Source of the DNA: an uncultured delta proteobacterium
GTDB taxonomy: Bacteria; Desulfobacterota; Binatia; UBA9968
Assembly (NCBI GenBank): GCA_963737905.1
Contig: CAVTUQ010000013.1
Location: 53,349-117,348 of the forward strand
Length of the DNA stretch: 64,000 nucleotides
Direction: 5' to 3'
The notes under the pieces are model-generated. The model ran no database searches. It was not told the origin of the DNA and saw nothing but the letters and a program-made list of their open reading frames with translations. Of the stretch, positions 49,791 to 59,664 are shown piece after piece (the stretch's first letter is position 1; every line of letters begins with the position of its first letter). A program made the position numbers and the translations under genes.

Positions 49791-50819
49791 GTGAGCGACA
49801 AAACCTTCGTCCATATTTTGGACAGTTCGCTGAGAGATGGCAGTCATGCGTTAAGTCACCAGTACACCGCGGCACAGGTCAGCAGCGTGGCGCGCGCTTT
49901 GGATGACGCCGGCGTCGAGATGATCGAAGTTTCCCACGGCGACGGCTTGGGCGGATCGACGATCACCTATGGCTTCTCGAAGCAATCCGAGATGGAACTG
50001 CTGCAAGCGGCCTCAGAGGTTATCAAGAAAGGCAAGCTCGCGGTGCTACTCCTGCCGGGGATCGGCACCAAAGACGATCTCAAGATGGCCGCGGATTACG
50101 GCGCGAAAGTAGCGCAAATCGCCACTCACGTCACCGAGGCGGACATCGCTGAGCAACACATCGACGTAGCAAAAAAACTGGGCATGGAAGTGATCGGCAT
50201 GCTTATGCTGTCGCACATGGGATCGCCCGAGAAGATCGCCGAACAGGGAAAGCTCATGGAAAGCTACGGCGCCGACGTCGTTTTGGTCACCGACTCTGCG
50301 GGCGCGCTAATGCCCGACACGGTGAAGCAACGGGTGGCGGCGCTGCGCGCGGCGTTGCAGATTGGCGTCGGCTTTCACGGTCATAATAATCTCTCTCTTG
50401 CGGTTGCCAACAGCGTCGCAGCGATCGAAGAAGGCGCACGTTGGATTGATGCCTGCACTTGCGGCCTCGGCGCCGGCTCGGGCAACACGCCGACCGAAGT
50501 GCTGGCGGCGGTGCTGGACAAAATGGGCTACGAAACCGGAATCAACCTGTGGAAAATCATGGATGTCGCCGAGAACATCGTCCGCCCAATCATGCCGAAA
50601 CCTGTAAGAATAGGCAAAGTCAGTCTGACCATGGGCTACGCCGGAGTCTACTCGAGTTTTTTGCTCCACGCCGACAAAGCCGCGGAGCAGTTCGGCGTCG
50701 ATGCCCGCGATATTCTCGTCGAACTCGGCAAGCGCAAAGTCGTCGGCGGACAAGAGGACATGATCACAGAGGTGGCGATGATGCTGGCGGAAAAGCAAAA
50801 GCAACCTCCGACAGCTTAA
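49791..50819 (+). CDS. dmpG: 4-hydroxy-2-oxovalerate aldolase
   Basis: LRDGSH, EVSHGDGLGGS, HGHNNL, GLGAGSGN, GYAGVYSSFL, VGGQEDMI. Confidence 0.95.
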   Translation: MSDKTFVHILDSSLRDGSHALSHQYTAAQVSSVARALDDAGVEMIEVSHGDGLGGSTITYGFSKQSEMELLQAASEVIKKGKLAVLLLPGIGTKDDLKMAADYGAKVAQIATHVTEADIAEQHIDVAKKLGMEVIGMLMLSHMGSPEKIAEQGKLMESYGADVVLVTDSAGALMPDTVKQRVAALRAALQIGVGFHGHNNLSLAVANSVAAIEEGARWIDACTCGLGAGSGNTPTEVLAAVLDKMGYETGINLWKIMDVAENIVRPIMPKPVRIGKVSLTMGYAGVYSSFLLHADKAAEQFGVDARDILVELGKRKVVGGQEDMITEVAMMLAEKQKQPPTA

Positions 50820-50886
50820 GGCACGTCGGCAGGAATTCTATCTCCACCAACACACCAGGGAACAAACTTAAGGAGGAAAATTAACC

Positions 50887-51741
50887 ATGCCGGATTTTCG
50901 TTCTCGCGACGTGATGACTAGGCGATTTCGCACCCATTATACCGAGTGCGGTGACAACGGGCCTGCGCTCGTGTTGTGCGACGGTGGCGGGCCGGGCTCT
51001 TCCGGCGAAGCTGGCTTTGCGCAGTTGATGCCGGCTCTGGCAACAAAGTTTCAGGTCTACGCTCTCGACAGTGTCGGCGGCTTCGGCGAAACGGACCCCT
51101 ATTATCCGGCCAGCGAAGGAGTGCAAAGCCGCGTCGATCAGCTCGAAGCCTTTATGGATGTGCTCTGTATACACAAAGCTGTGGTGGGGGGAAACTCTCA
51201 AGGCGCCTGGGTTGCGGCGAAGTACGCGCTGCAGTATCCCGATCGGGTCGACAAGCTCGTGCTGGTAGCGAGCAATACCATCTCCGCAGCGATGGGACTG
51301 GAAAGCCCCGTAACCGAGGGCATGAAAGCGATCCGTGCTTATAACGGCAGCGAAGAGTCCATGCGCGCGTTCTTGAAAACCATCGTTTGGAACAAAAACC
51401 TAATCACCGATGACTTGGTTAAGCTGCGCAACGACTGCGCCAACCGTCCCGGCGCGGAAGCGGCCAGAAAGATTTTTCAGGAGGGCCAGCAAAGACTGAC
51501 CAAGGATCCTAATCTGCGCCTAAAGTTCGACATGCGTCACACCCTGCCCAAGCTTACTATTCCGGCCATTTGCGTTTGGGGCGAGGATGACGGCTTCGCC
51601 CCGGTGGCGCTCGGCAAACAGTTGGAAACAATGTTGCCCAACATCAAGTTTCACTATGTTTCCAATGCCGGCCACCAAGTGCAGAACGATCAGCCGCAAC
51701 TAGTTGCCAAGCTGATGATGGATTTCCTCGCCGCTACGTAA
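50887..51741 (+). CDS. Meta-cleavage product hydrolase (MhpC/BphD-like)
   Basis: GGGPG, GNSQG nucleophile, WGEDD, AGHQVQ; located in the meta-cleavage operon. Confidence 0.75.
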   Translation: MPDFRSRDVMTRRFRTHYTECGDNGPALVLCDGGGPGSSGEAGFAQLMPALATKFQVYALDSVGGFGETDPYYPASEGVQSRVDQLEAFMDVLCIHKAVVGGNSQGAWVAAKYALQYPDRVDKLVLVASNTISAAMGLESPVTEGMKAIRAYNGSEESMRAFLKTIVWNKNLITDDLVKLRNDCANRPGAEAARKIFQEGQQRLTKDPNLRLKFDMRHTLPKLTIPAICVWGEDDGFAPVALGKQLETMLPNIKFHYVSNAGHQVQNDQPQLVAKLMMDFLAAT

Positions 51742-51764
51742 TTCCCCCGTTCATCCCGCCCGAA

Positions 51765-51869
51765 AATCTCCCCTTCCCCTCCCTTCGACTTCGCTGCTTT
51801 TCCAAAGAGGGGTTAGAGATCCCACGGAGAAAATTTCCCCTTTGAAAAAGGCGGACGAAAGGGGGATTT
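51765..51869. repeat. REP-like composite inverted repeat between convergent genes
   Basis: aaatctcccct...ccaaagagggg...cccctttgaaaaagg...gggggattt. Confidence 0.55.
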
Positions 51870-51915
51870 GAGTTCGGCTTCAACTGTTGGGACACTAGGT
51901 CGGTTACCCAGCGTC

Positions 51916-52785
51916 TCACCAATAACGTCTTCTATAAGTATCGATGAGGACCTCGTCCTGACTATCGTCGAGAAATTCAAGCAAGGTTCGATTGAACTCT
52001 TCGGCGCGTTCAAATTGCGGCCAATGCCCCGACTTGTCGACAAGGACGAATCTTGAACCGGGCACGCTCTGATGCACTTTATCGGCCACCGGCCAAGGAC
52101 AAGTGGGATTATGGGTGGTCCAGAAAAAAAGGATCGGCGCCTGGAGTTTGGGAATCTTTTCGATGAGGTTATAAACGCTGCGATCCCGAGTGTGTAAAAC
52201 GTATTGCATCGCTGGATCACTGTAGATTTTCAGCCGGATGTCGACCAACTCATCCGGCAAAATTTTGGGATCGTGAAATAGCCATTCCATGCGCTTGCGG
52301 ATGGTCTCCTTCGTCGGTGTCCCGGTCGCGTCGCGGGTCAATTCTTGAAGTCGGCTTTGACCGGATACGTAACCATGCTCGCTGGACGGAATGCCGCCGA
52401 CGATCAGACCTAGCTTGTCGACACGCCCGGGATGTTCATAGGCGGTCAAAACGCTAATTTGCCCTCCCTGGGATTCTCCGACCAGGTGCGCTTTCTTGAT
52501 CTGCGCCGCATCCATGAAATCCAGTAAATGTTTTGAGAAAGCATCAAGATTGTAGTCGATCTTCGGTTTGTCCGTGTATCCATGCCCAAGATAGTCGATG
52601 GCGAGCACGCGAAACTTTGCCGACAGCGGGATAAGGTTTCTTACCCAGGTCTCGGCGTGGCCGCCACCACCATGTAGTAAGATTACCGGTTTGCCTTCGC
52701 CTTTTTCGAAGCAGCGAGTACGAATGCCCCCAGCGTCGTAGTACCGTTCGTATTGCGCGAAGGTTTCTAGTTCTTTCGATGCCAT
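51916..52785 (-). CDS. Alpha/beta hydrolase (MhpC-like)
   Basis: LLHGGGGHAETW, GHGYTDKP, GESQGG, SGHWPQFE. Confidence 0.85.
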   Translation of the reverse strand: MASKELETFAQYERYYDAGGIRTRCFEKGEGKPVILLHGGGGHAETWVRNLIPLSAKFRVLAIDYLGHGYTDKPKIDYNLDAFSKHLLDFMDAAQIKKAHLVGESQGGQISVLTAYEHPGRVDKLGLIVGGIPSSEHGYVSGQSRLQELTRDATGTPTKETIRKRMEWLFHDPKILPDELVDIRLKIYSDPAMQYVLHTRDRSVYNLIEKIPKLQAPILFFWTTHNPTCPWPVADKVHQSVPGSRFVLVDKSGHWPQFERAEEFNRTLLEFLDDSQDEVLIDTYRRRYW

Positions 52786-52838
52786 TTTCCAACTCCTTTC
52801 GTGAACCAAAACAATTGCTTTTCTCTGCCGTAACTTGA

Positions 52839-53237
52839 TTAGCCCTGATGAATGCCGAATTGGTATCCCGATTTTCGCACCACAAGAGCGAGGATAACAG
52901 CGACCCCGACCAGAATGCTTCCCACTACCGACGCGGCGGAATAATCCTCCGCCATAAGGTATCCAAGTTGCATAATGGAAAGCGGTTCAGTGTCGCTGGT
53001 TGTGAGTAACACAATGCTGCCCACCTGTCGGCTCACCGCCCCGAATACCATAACTGCGACAGCCGCCATGGTTGGCAGCATCAACGGCACCAGAATATGT
53101 CTCATGGTGTAACCCAACGAGCCGCCGTTGACTCTGCCGGCCTCTTCCAAATCGGCGCCCAGTTGGAGAAAGCTGCTCTTCAACATCTGCACCGAAAATG
53201 TCATTACCGTAAGCGCGAGAATCAGCACCAATAACGT
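52839..53237 (-). pseudogene. C-terminal fragment of an FbpB-like ABC permease
   Basis: QLGADLEEAGRVNGG...ILVPLMLP; no N-terminus. Confidence 0.7.
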
Positions 53238-54050
53238 GCGCCTGGTCGTCGGGATTATCGACCAGGGAGCCGGCGTACACGTAATGCAAAAGCAAGTCGT
53301 CGCCGAGATCCTCGGCATCAAGCCCGAGCGTATCACTGTCGAAGTGCCAGACACGAATCATGCGCCGTTTCATGACGGCATCAAAGGACAGGGCGCGACC
53401 CATGTCACCGGCCAGGCGGCGTCACGCGCCACCCACGCGCTGATCGAATCGATGAAAGCGCGCGCGGCATTCATTGGCAAGCGGACCCGGCTGGAATCGA
53501 CTGGCGCGATGGGCGAGTGTGGCTGCGGGACGGGAAAAAGAGCCTGGACTTGAAGCAATTCGCCTCCCTCGCCCCCAGGAGACCCCGGGCGTGGCTTTGC
53601 TTATTACGATGGACGGATCCGGCCGCGCGAGCATATCTTTCAATCCGTGATCGCCGACGTGGAGGTCGACAAGGAGAGCGGTCAAGTTCAAGTCAGGCGG
53701 CTGACCACCTTCCATGATGTCTCGGTCGTGATCAATTCGTTGACCCATCAGGGCCAAATCGAAGGCGGCATGCTGCAGGGTTTGGGCATGGCCGTTTGCG
53801 AAGAGATGCTCGTCGAAGACGGTCGCGTAACCACGCTCAGCCTGGGCGATTACAAGATCCCTACAATGCGCGATTTACCGGCGCACAAGACCACACTGGT
53901 CAGCGGCGCGACCCAGGGACGGCCCCTTCAACGCCAAGCCGGCCGCGGAGCATGCGATCACGCCGATCCCGCCGGCCATCGGCAACGCGGTCTTCAATGC
54001 CACCGGCGTGCGCCTGACGAGTCTGCCGCTTTCGGCGGAAAAAGTTTATG
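53236..54050 (+). pseudogene. C-terminal fragment of a xanthine dehydrogenase/CoxL-family molybdopterin subunit (frameshifted)
   Basis: DQGAG, ADVEVD.ESGQV, HDV...IN...GQIEGG..QGLG, DYKIPT, PAIGNAV..ATGVR. Confidence 0.8.
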
Positions 54051-54261
54051 ACGCGATGCGTGAGAAACAACAAGGATCCAACGGTAGATGAGATTGTCTT
54101 TTTTCCAAATTCTTCTAGTCATCGGCGATTTCCCACTGACCCAATGAGAGTACGCGATTGCGCCCGCAGAGCGCCAGGATGTTGGCTGGTAAAGGGGTTG
54201 CAAAAGAGGTAAAGAAATCGCGCCCATTATTACCGGCAAAGCGAAATAAGCCTACCATGCG

Positions 54262-54864
54262 CTACGCAGCTTTTCCCCGCAACCGTTTTACCAGCGCTTC
54301 GTAAGAGGAGCTGGAGATCACTCGATCGAACTGCGACCGGTAATTGTTGACGATACTGATGTTCTCCACGATGGCATCGTAGACTTTCCATTGACCATTC
54401 ACTTGCCGCAACTTGTAAACCACGGCGATCTCCTCACCCTTGGGCTGAATGATCGTTGATTCAACCTGCGCAAATTCGTTATCCACGACCTCGCGGCCAA
54501 AGCGCACTTGTTCGCCGCCATAGAGACCGATCTTGTCCGAGTAGACTCTTTGCAAGAATTCTCGGAACAGTTTGACGAACTCCTCCTGCTCTGCCGGGGT
54601 CCTTTGCCGCCAATGGTAACCAAGCGCTCGCTTGGCCATCTCCTCGTAATCAAAAATTGCATCGAGCGCCTCTGTCAAGCGATCCACTCGTTCCTTCTTT
54701 TTATCCGGGGAACTTAGTTTGGGGTCTTTCAGAATTTGAATCGCTCTATCGACAGTCGTGCGCACGAGATCCAGCGGCGCGCCTGCTTGAGCGCGTGTCA
54801 GAGAGGCAAGAGACAACATAAAAGTGAAAATGCAAATCTCAAACTGTCGCATCTTCCGATTCAT
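54262..54864 (-). CDS. mlaC: MlaC/Ttg2D-family phospholipid-binding protein
   Basis: FDYEEMAKRALG.HW, EFVKLF, WKVYD.IVENISIV.NYRSQF. Confidence 0.85.
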   Translation of the reverse strand: MNRKMRQFEICIFTFMLSLASLTRAQAGAPLDLVRTTVDRAIQILKDPKLSSPDKKKERVDRLTEALDAIFDYEEMAKRALGYHWRQRTPAEQEEFVKLFREFLQRVYSDKIGLYGGEQVRFGREVVDNEFAQVESTIIQPKGEEIAVVYKLRQVNGQWKVYDAIVENISIVNNYRSQFDRVISSSSYEALVKRLRGKAA

Positions 54865-55317
54865 TGGACTCATACTTTTGGAGATAAAGTCAGTGGGAAA
54901 AGCGAATATAAAAACCAGTCGGAAGCGTTCCTGGCTGATTTGATCCACCGCTTCTTCGATCCGGTAATACTCAGTTTAGATCTCAAAGTCAACATCCAAG
55001 ACGCAAAGCGCGTTCCGCAGCTTCTCATGCAAAATTCAGGCAGCAGAAACAATCAAAAACAACGCTAGCATTTTATATTTTGGATGAAACCGCCCGCCAA
55101 CTGTGGCGAGATCGATTCCGGATCCGAAGCCGAATCGTGGTGGCGAGTGCCAACTGGCTGCCACGTGGTAACCCGTAGCACCACGATGTTGGTACGTTGG
55201 ATTCGATTGAGCCTCCTACTTTCCGCATTTTCCTTCCCGTTCAACGATTTGCAACGCGACGGAGCGTCGCTCGCCAGCGCATTAAAGGCGCTAAACCGGG
55301 AGATTATTCTACGAGCG

Positions 55318-56139
55318 TCAGACCGGGAAGTGAACGCCCCAGAAGAGACGTACCTCGAGGTCGTCCGCCATGTTGCTGCCGTGCGTCCCACGCCCCGTCG
55401 ATGGATCAATGTGCGTGCCGTGATCTGACACGAATGCAATCGCATATGACGTGGTTGCCCACCGGTCGCGCGCCGCGCGAGCAACGCGATCGAAGTTGCG
55501 TACGTGGTTGGCCATCGCGCGCAGAGCCTCTGGACTCCGTGGTACCGTGGCGTGCATCTTGTCATCGTACTCCTGCTGGTACGCCAGAATGAAGTCATGC
55601 TGGTCCGCTGCGACGAGATTGAGCGTCCGCTCAACAACCTCCTCGTCGTAGGTCTCGGTGAAGTAGTCAATCCTCCGATTCCGGAAGATCAGATCGATTG
55701 AGGAGTTCTCCACGGCCACGATTGCGACACGGCGGCCGGCCCGCGAGAGCGCGTCGAAGAGGGTGTCGCAGGTCAGCGTCGGCCTTTCGGATTTGCGGAT
55801 GCCATGGGTGTCCGGAGGGGCGCCCGTGAACATCGATGCGAAGCAGACGGGTGTGACCGAGGGCATCACGGCGCATGCTTCAACCGATGTTGGTGCGTGG
55901 CGCGCGACCGGCTCAAAGGCCTTAGCGTTTGAGCGGACCAGGTGCGCACCGATCGCGTCGGCTGCGAACACGAGTGCCTTCGTCACGGTTCGACGCGCCG
56001 CGAACGCAGCGACCTCGCTGAATGGGGGCGCGACGCAATCGGCCGGTCTGGGAATCCCGAAGAGGTCACATACAGTGCTCGTCACCGACGCCACGTCAAG
56101 CATGCCTCGCATCATCTCGGATTCCGGCGGACGGAGCAA
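55318..56139 (-). CDS. Alkaline phosphatase superfamily (phosphodiesterase/metalloenzyme) protein
   Basis: ADA.G, PSVTPVCFASMFTG..P..HGI, YDD.MH, SDHG, GTHG. Confidence 0.8.
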   Translation of the reverse strand: MLRPPESEMMRGMLDVASVTSTVCDLFGIPRPADCVAPPFSEVAAFAARRTVTKALVFAADAIGAHLVRSNAKAFEPVARHAPTSVEACAVMPSVTPVCFASMFTGAPPDTHGIRKSERPTLTCDTLFDALSRAGRRVAIVAVENSSIDLIFRNRRIDYFTETYDEEVVERTLNLVAADQHDFILAYQQEYDDKMHATVPRSPEALRAMANHVRNFDRVARAARDRWATTSYAIAFVSDHGTHIDPSTGRGTHGSNMADDLEVRLFWGVHFPV

Positions 56140-56554
56140 GGGGTCCCCGCACCCGGGTCGACGTCGCCCGTCGCTCCGAAGCGCGCTAACCCATTCACAC
56201 GAGGCATGCCGGGCGCCTGTGGCAAGCTAACGTGGAATATACATCTTGCTACAGCCGACGATCAGGCTACCTTGTGAGACCAGGCGACCACGCTGTTACC
56301 CCAATGGAGGGGCCGATGTCCAGCCTTGTCCGCAGTTCGGTGCCGAAGTTGACATAAGACCCCATGTCGGATACGCCTGCCCAAAAATGCAGCTGTGAGG
56401 TTGGTTCGCTCTTTGCGGCGGCGCGTTTCGGCTCTTAAGGTCGGGTTGGCGGGCGATCGTCGGCGGAATTTTTAAATTCTCGGTGACGGACCTTCAAAAG
56501 CAAATTCCTATCAGTAATTTCTATAAGTTTGAATCGTCTAATCGAAAGGTTGGT

Positions 56555-57370
56555 ATGAGAGCGCGATTGTTAACAATCACGGGACTGGTGATATTATCTT
56601 TACTCAGCGCGAATTCCGAGGCGGATCAACCGTCAAGCAAAGCTTCAAACGTAGTTCCGGTTTATCAACCCAAGCATTATCCTTTTGACGGGGGCGAGAG
56701 ATTGGTTTATCACGCCAGTTGGAATGGGCTGTTCTCCGTGGCAACCGCCACGGTTCATACAACGTCGGAATGGGTCGATGGCCAAAAATTTTACAACGTT
56801 CGCGTCGAAGCGAGTTCATCAAAGCTCTTGGACTTCATCTGGAAAATGCGGGACAAGATCACATCAAAAATAAATGCAAATGGCCTTACGCCGACGCATT
56901 TCACGTTCAGCCAAAGAGAAAATCGCAAAGTCATTGATACCGTCGCGAGTTTTGACCGGACGACGAAAACATGGTCGGTGCATCGAGATGAGCGAGAGAA
57001 GGTTAAACGCTATCAGTTCGATGAACCGAACAATACGCTCGACGTGATCACGGCCGTTTACCTTGCCAGAAGCCTAGACTTCAAAGTGGGCGACCATCTT
57101 TATTTTCATATCTTCGGCGGAAAGTACCGCTATCTGTTGGATTTACAAGTGGAATGTAAGGAAACTATCCGACTCAAGTCCGGCAATATCGAAGCGTTTA
57201 AGTTCGTTCCGAGGATTGAGGATGTTCTGCAAGAGGGATACGCAACAAGATTGAATGAAGCGGCGGTTTGGATATCCGCCGATGAGCGTCGCCTGCCGGT
57301 CATGCTCAAAGGTAAGATTATTTTCGGCAGCGTCTACATTGAAATCTCGGATGATAGCGCTCCGATCTAG
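56555..57370 (+). CDS. DUF3108-domain exported protein
   Basis: Signal peptide, PF..GERL.Y..SW, D.ITA.Y.AR, WISADERRLPV....I.FGSV. Confidence 0.75.
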   Translation: MRARLLTITGLVILSLLSANSEADQPSSKASNVVPVYQPKHYPFDGGERLVYHASWNGLFSVATATVHTTSEWVDGQKFYNVRVEASSSKLLDFIWKMRDKITSKINANGLTPTHFTFSQRENRKVIDTVASFDRTTKTWSVHRDEREKVKRYQFDEPNNTLDVITAVYLARSLDFKVGDHLYFHIFGGKYRYLLDLQVECKETIRLKSGNIEAFKFVPRIEDVLQEGYATRLNEAAVWISADERRLPVMLKGKIIFGSVYIEISDDSAPI

Positions 57371-57556
57371 ACATTTTCGGAAAAGAACTCCCGATCTTCA
57401 TAACTCTGCCCGTTTCAACACTATTCCCGCCCTTCGCGCTATTAAAATGAACCCGGTCCTAAAGAAAAAATTCGCGGTCTTCCCTGTCCTGGATTGGATG
57501 ACAGAATATCTACTGGGCACCTCGTGTTTCAGCCCACACGCTGTACTTTTCCCCTT

Positions 57557-58522
57557 TTAGCTCGCCGGTATCTCTGGTTGCCGTGAATCATAGCGAACCC
57601 AACGACTAAATGCGCTGATTTCTTTGTCAAAGATAAATTTGAGCACGAGTCGCGTATAGGACTGGTAGGCAAATAAGGTCCGGTAAAATTCAGGAGCCAT
57701 GCGGTAAAGCTGCGGCAGTCTGCTCCACGCGACCATGGGAAAGTCATGATGCTCATTATGAAATCCCATATTGAACATCACCCAATTGAGCGGGCCATAA
57801 TACGAATAGGTCTCTTGCTGTTTGCCCATAACATCATAGTGCTCTTGAATCCAGCGGCCGCCTAACGGATGCAACCCCAAAGCAAAGAATGTCGAGAGGA
57901 GCAAATACATCAGTCCACCCCACCCTACATACAACCAGAGCCAGTAACTCACCCCTAACTGCAAGGCGATATTGGTAACCGCCCACGGGTCGACAAACGA
58001 TTGGCCCGGAACCTTTAGTGGCCGCAAGGCCTGCGAAACAGACAACAAAGCGAGCCACAGCGACTTCCGCAGAGGACCATGACCAATCAGCCGGCCTTCA
58101 AATTGGCTCACCACGTCCGGATCCATCGTTATTTTATTTAGGTGTTGGTGATGCAAAAGATGATACTTTCTGAAACTCATAGCGCTGGGGACAATTAAGG
58201 CAAAATCACAACTGAGGCCGGCAAGCTTGTTTAACACTGGTATTGCGAAAATTAAGTTGTGCGTTGCCTCATGCATTAACACATACAACCCATGATTGAG
58301 AACCGCGCCAGCAAGATAAGCCACAGGCAAAATCACGTACCACGGCTGATCGCAAAGCAGCCAGGCCACTGTCCATTGCAGAGCGACCAGCCCGACAATG
58401 AGGAGGGCTGACAGAGGATAGGGGCCAAACAATACCTTCACCTCGGGATAATGTTTAATGATATCTTTACGGCGTTGGGTGTGAACCTGCTCAGACTGCC
58501 CGTTGATAGTGAAGGAATCCAT
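57557..58522 (-). CDS. Sphingolipid delta-4 desaturase/C4-hydroxylase (DEGS/DES-like) membrane desaturase
   Basis: N-term H..RRKDIIKHYPEVKVL; His boxes HEATH, HLLHH, HNEHH; LGLHP, ETYSYYGPLN..FN.G.HNEHHDFP. Confidence 0.85.
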   Translation of the reverse strand: MDSFTINGQSEQVHTQRRKDIIKHYPEVKVLFGPYPLSALLIVGLVALQWTVAWLLCDQPWYVILPVAYLAGAVLNHGLYVLMHEATHNLIFAIPVLNKLAGLSCDFALIVPSAMSFRKYHLLHHQHLNKITMDPDVVSQFEGRLIGHGPLRKSLWLALLSVSQALRPLKVPGQSFVDPWAVTNIALQLGVSYWLWLYVGWGGLMYLLLSTFFALGLHPLGGRWIQEHYDVMGKQQETYSYYGPLNWVMFNMGFHNEHHDFPMVAWSRLPQLYRMAPEFYRTLFAYQSYTRLVLKFIFDKEISAFSRWVRYDSRQPEIPAS

Positions 58523-58668
58523 AGGAATAGGAATTTTATACCCCTTTTTTCTAAGCGGAGATATAGCGCCGGTGCGCCGAGCCCGTCAAGCACAGCCGAG
58601 AACGCTATAGAAAAGGTTAAAAAGTAGCGTATTTTATCGAGGATCTTCAGGCAGGTAAACGGAACGCT

Positions 58669-59664
58669 TCATGATCGGCGTTCTTTAACCTCTTTTAGCT
58701 TGAGTCCCGGCTGCACAAAATCAGGGAAAATCGGGCGGACATCTTGCGCGCCGGTTCCTTGCGGTGAAAGCCGGCACCACTGATCGGGATAGCGCCGCAC
58801 CATGTCTTCCAAACGACGAGTAAACAGGGCCAGATTTGTAGCAACGTCCTCCTGCAGGTCTCCTGTTCTGACGAGATCGATTTCAGGGCTGACACGAAGG
58901 GTCAGACGATCCTCAGCGTCCCGCGTGACACACATAGGAACAACTGCCGCGCCGGCGCGTAAAGCCAGGGTCACAGGACCACGGCGAACATAGACAGCGG
59001 AACCCAAAAACTCTGTGTTTACCTTCCCGGATTTAAACACATCCGGGAGGACAACAACCGCTTCGTTCCGCCTTAATGCGCCAAGGATTTGTCGAGCCGC
59101 CTGCCTGCGCGGCTTAGCCGATATCGTTTTAACTCCAGCCTTCGCTCTGTAGCTGTCCAGTAAACGGGCCAATCTTTGGTCTGGCGGGTGCTTGACTACA
59201 ATGCTGAAGGGGTGTCCCGCCGCGGCAAGACGGGGAGCAATCATAGTAAAATTTCCTAAATGAGCGCCGAGCGCAATCACCCCCTTGCCCTTTTCCAAAG
59301 CCCGCTGCAAATACTCCTCGCCCTCAACAGCAACGCTGGCACATATTGCGTCCCTGGAGGTATAAAGCGTGGAGGCAGTCTCATAAAGTCCCTGGACAAA
59401 ATTCCTCCAGGCCAAACGAGCCACAGTCTTTCTCTTCTCCACCGATAAGAATTGGTCGCTCAAAGCCATGGAGACATTCTTTTCCATCAGTTTTCGGTAT
59501 GGCCATAAAATAGCGAAAGTCAGATGGACGGTCGCCGAGGTCATGAGAACGAGCAGGCGGTGAGGAATTCTCGGAACGAGGAAGATAATTGCCCTCAGCG
59601 AATATTCCGCTGCGCGGTACAGTAACCAATCGAGAAATTTCTTGGAGGAAAAACGGTCCTTCAT
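58669..59664 (-). CDS. LpxL/HtrB-like lysophospholipid acyltransferase family protein
   Basis: VEGEEYL..AL.KGKGVI.L.AHLGNF, EFLG, GP..LALRAGA.VVP, VRRYPDQW. Confidence 0.85.
   Translation of the reverse strand: MKDRFSSKKFLDWLLYRAAEYSLRAIIFLVPRIPHRLLVLMTSATVHLTFAILWPYRKLMEKNVSMALSDQFLSVEKRKTVARLAWRNFVQGLYETASTLYTSRDAICASVAVEGEEYLQRALEKGKGVIALGAHLGNFTMIAPRLAAAGHPFSIVVKHPPDQRLARLLDSYRAKAGVKTISAKPRRQAARQILGALRRNEAVVVLPDVFKSGKVNTEFLGSAVYVRRGPVTLALRAGAAVVPMCVTRDAEDRLTLRVSPEIDLVRTGDLQEDVATNLALFTRRLEDMVRRYPDQWCRLSPQGTGAQDVRPIFPDFVQPGLKLKEVKERRS

Noticed and set aside
54950-55317. Possible ncRNA or att site in the intergenic stretch
   Set aside because: Only short imperfect palindromes; no recognisable family and probably near a junction.
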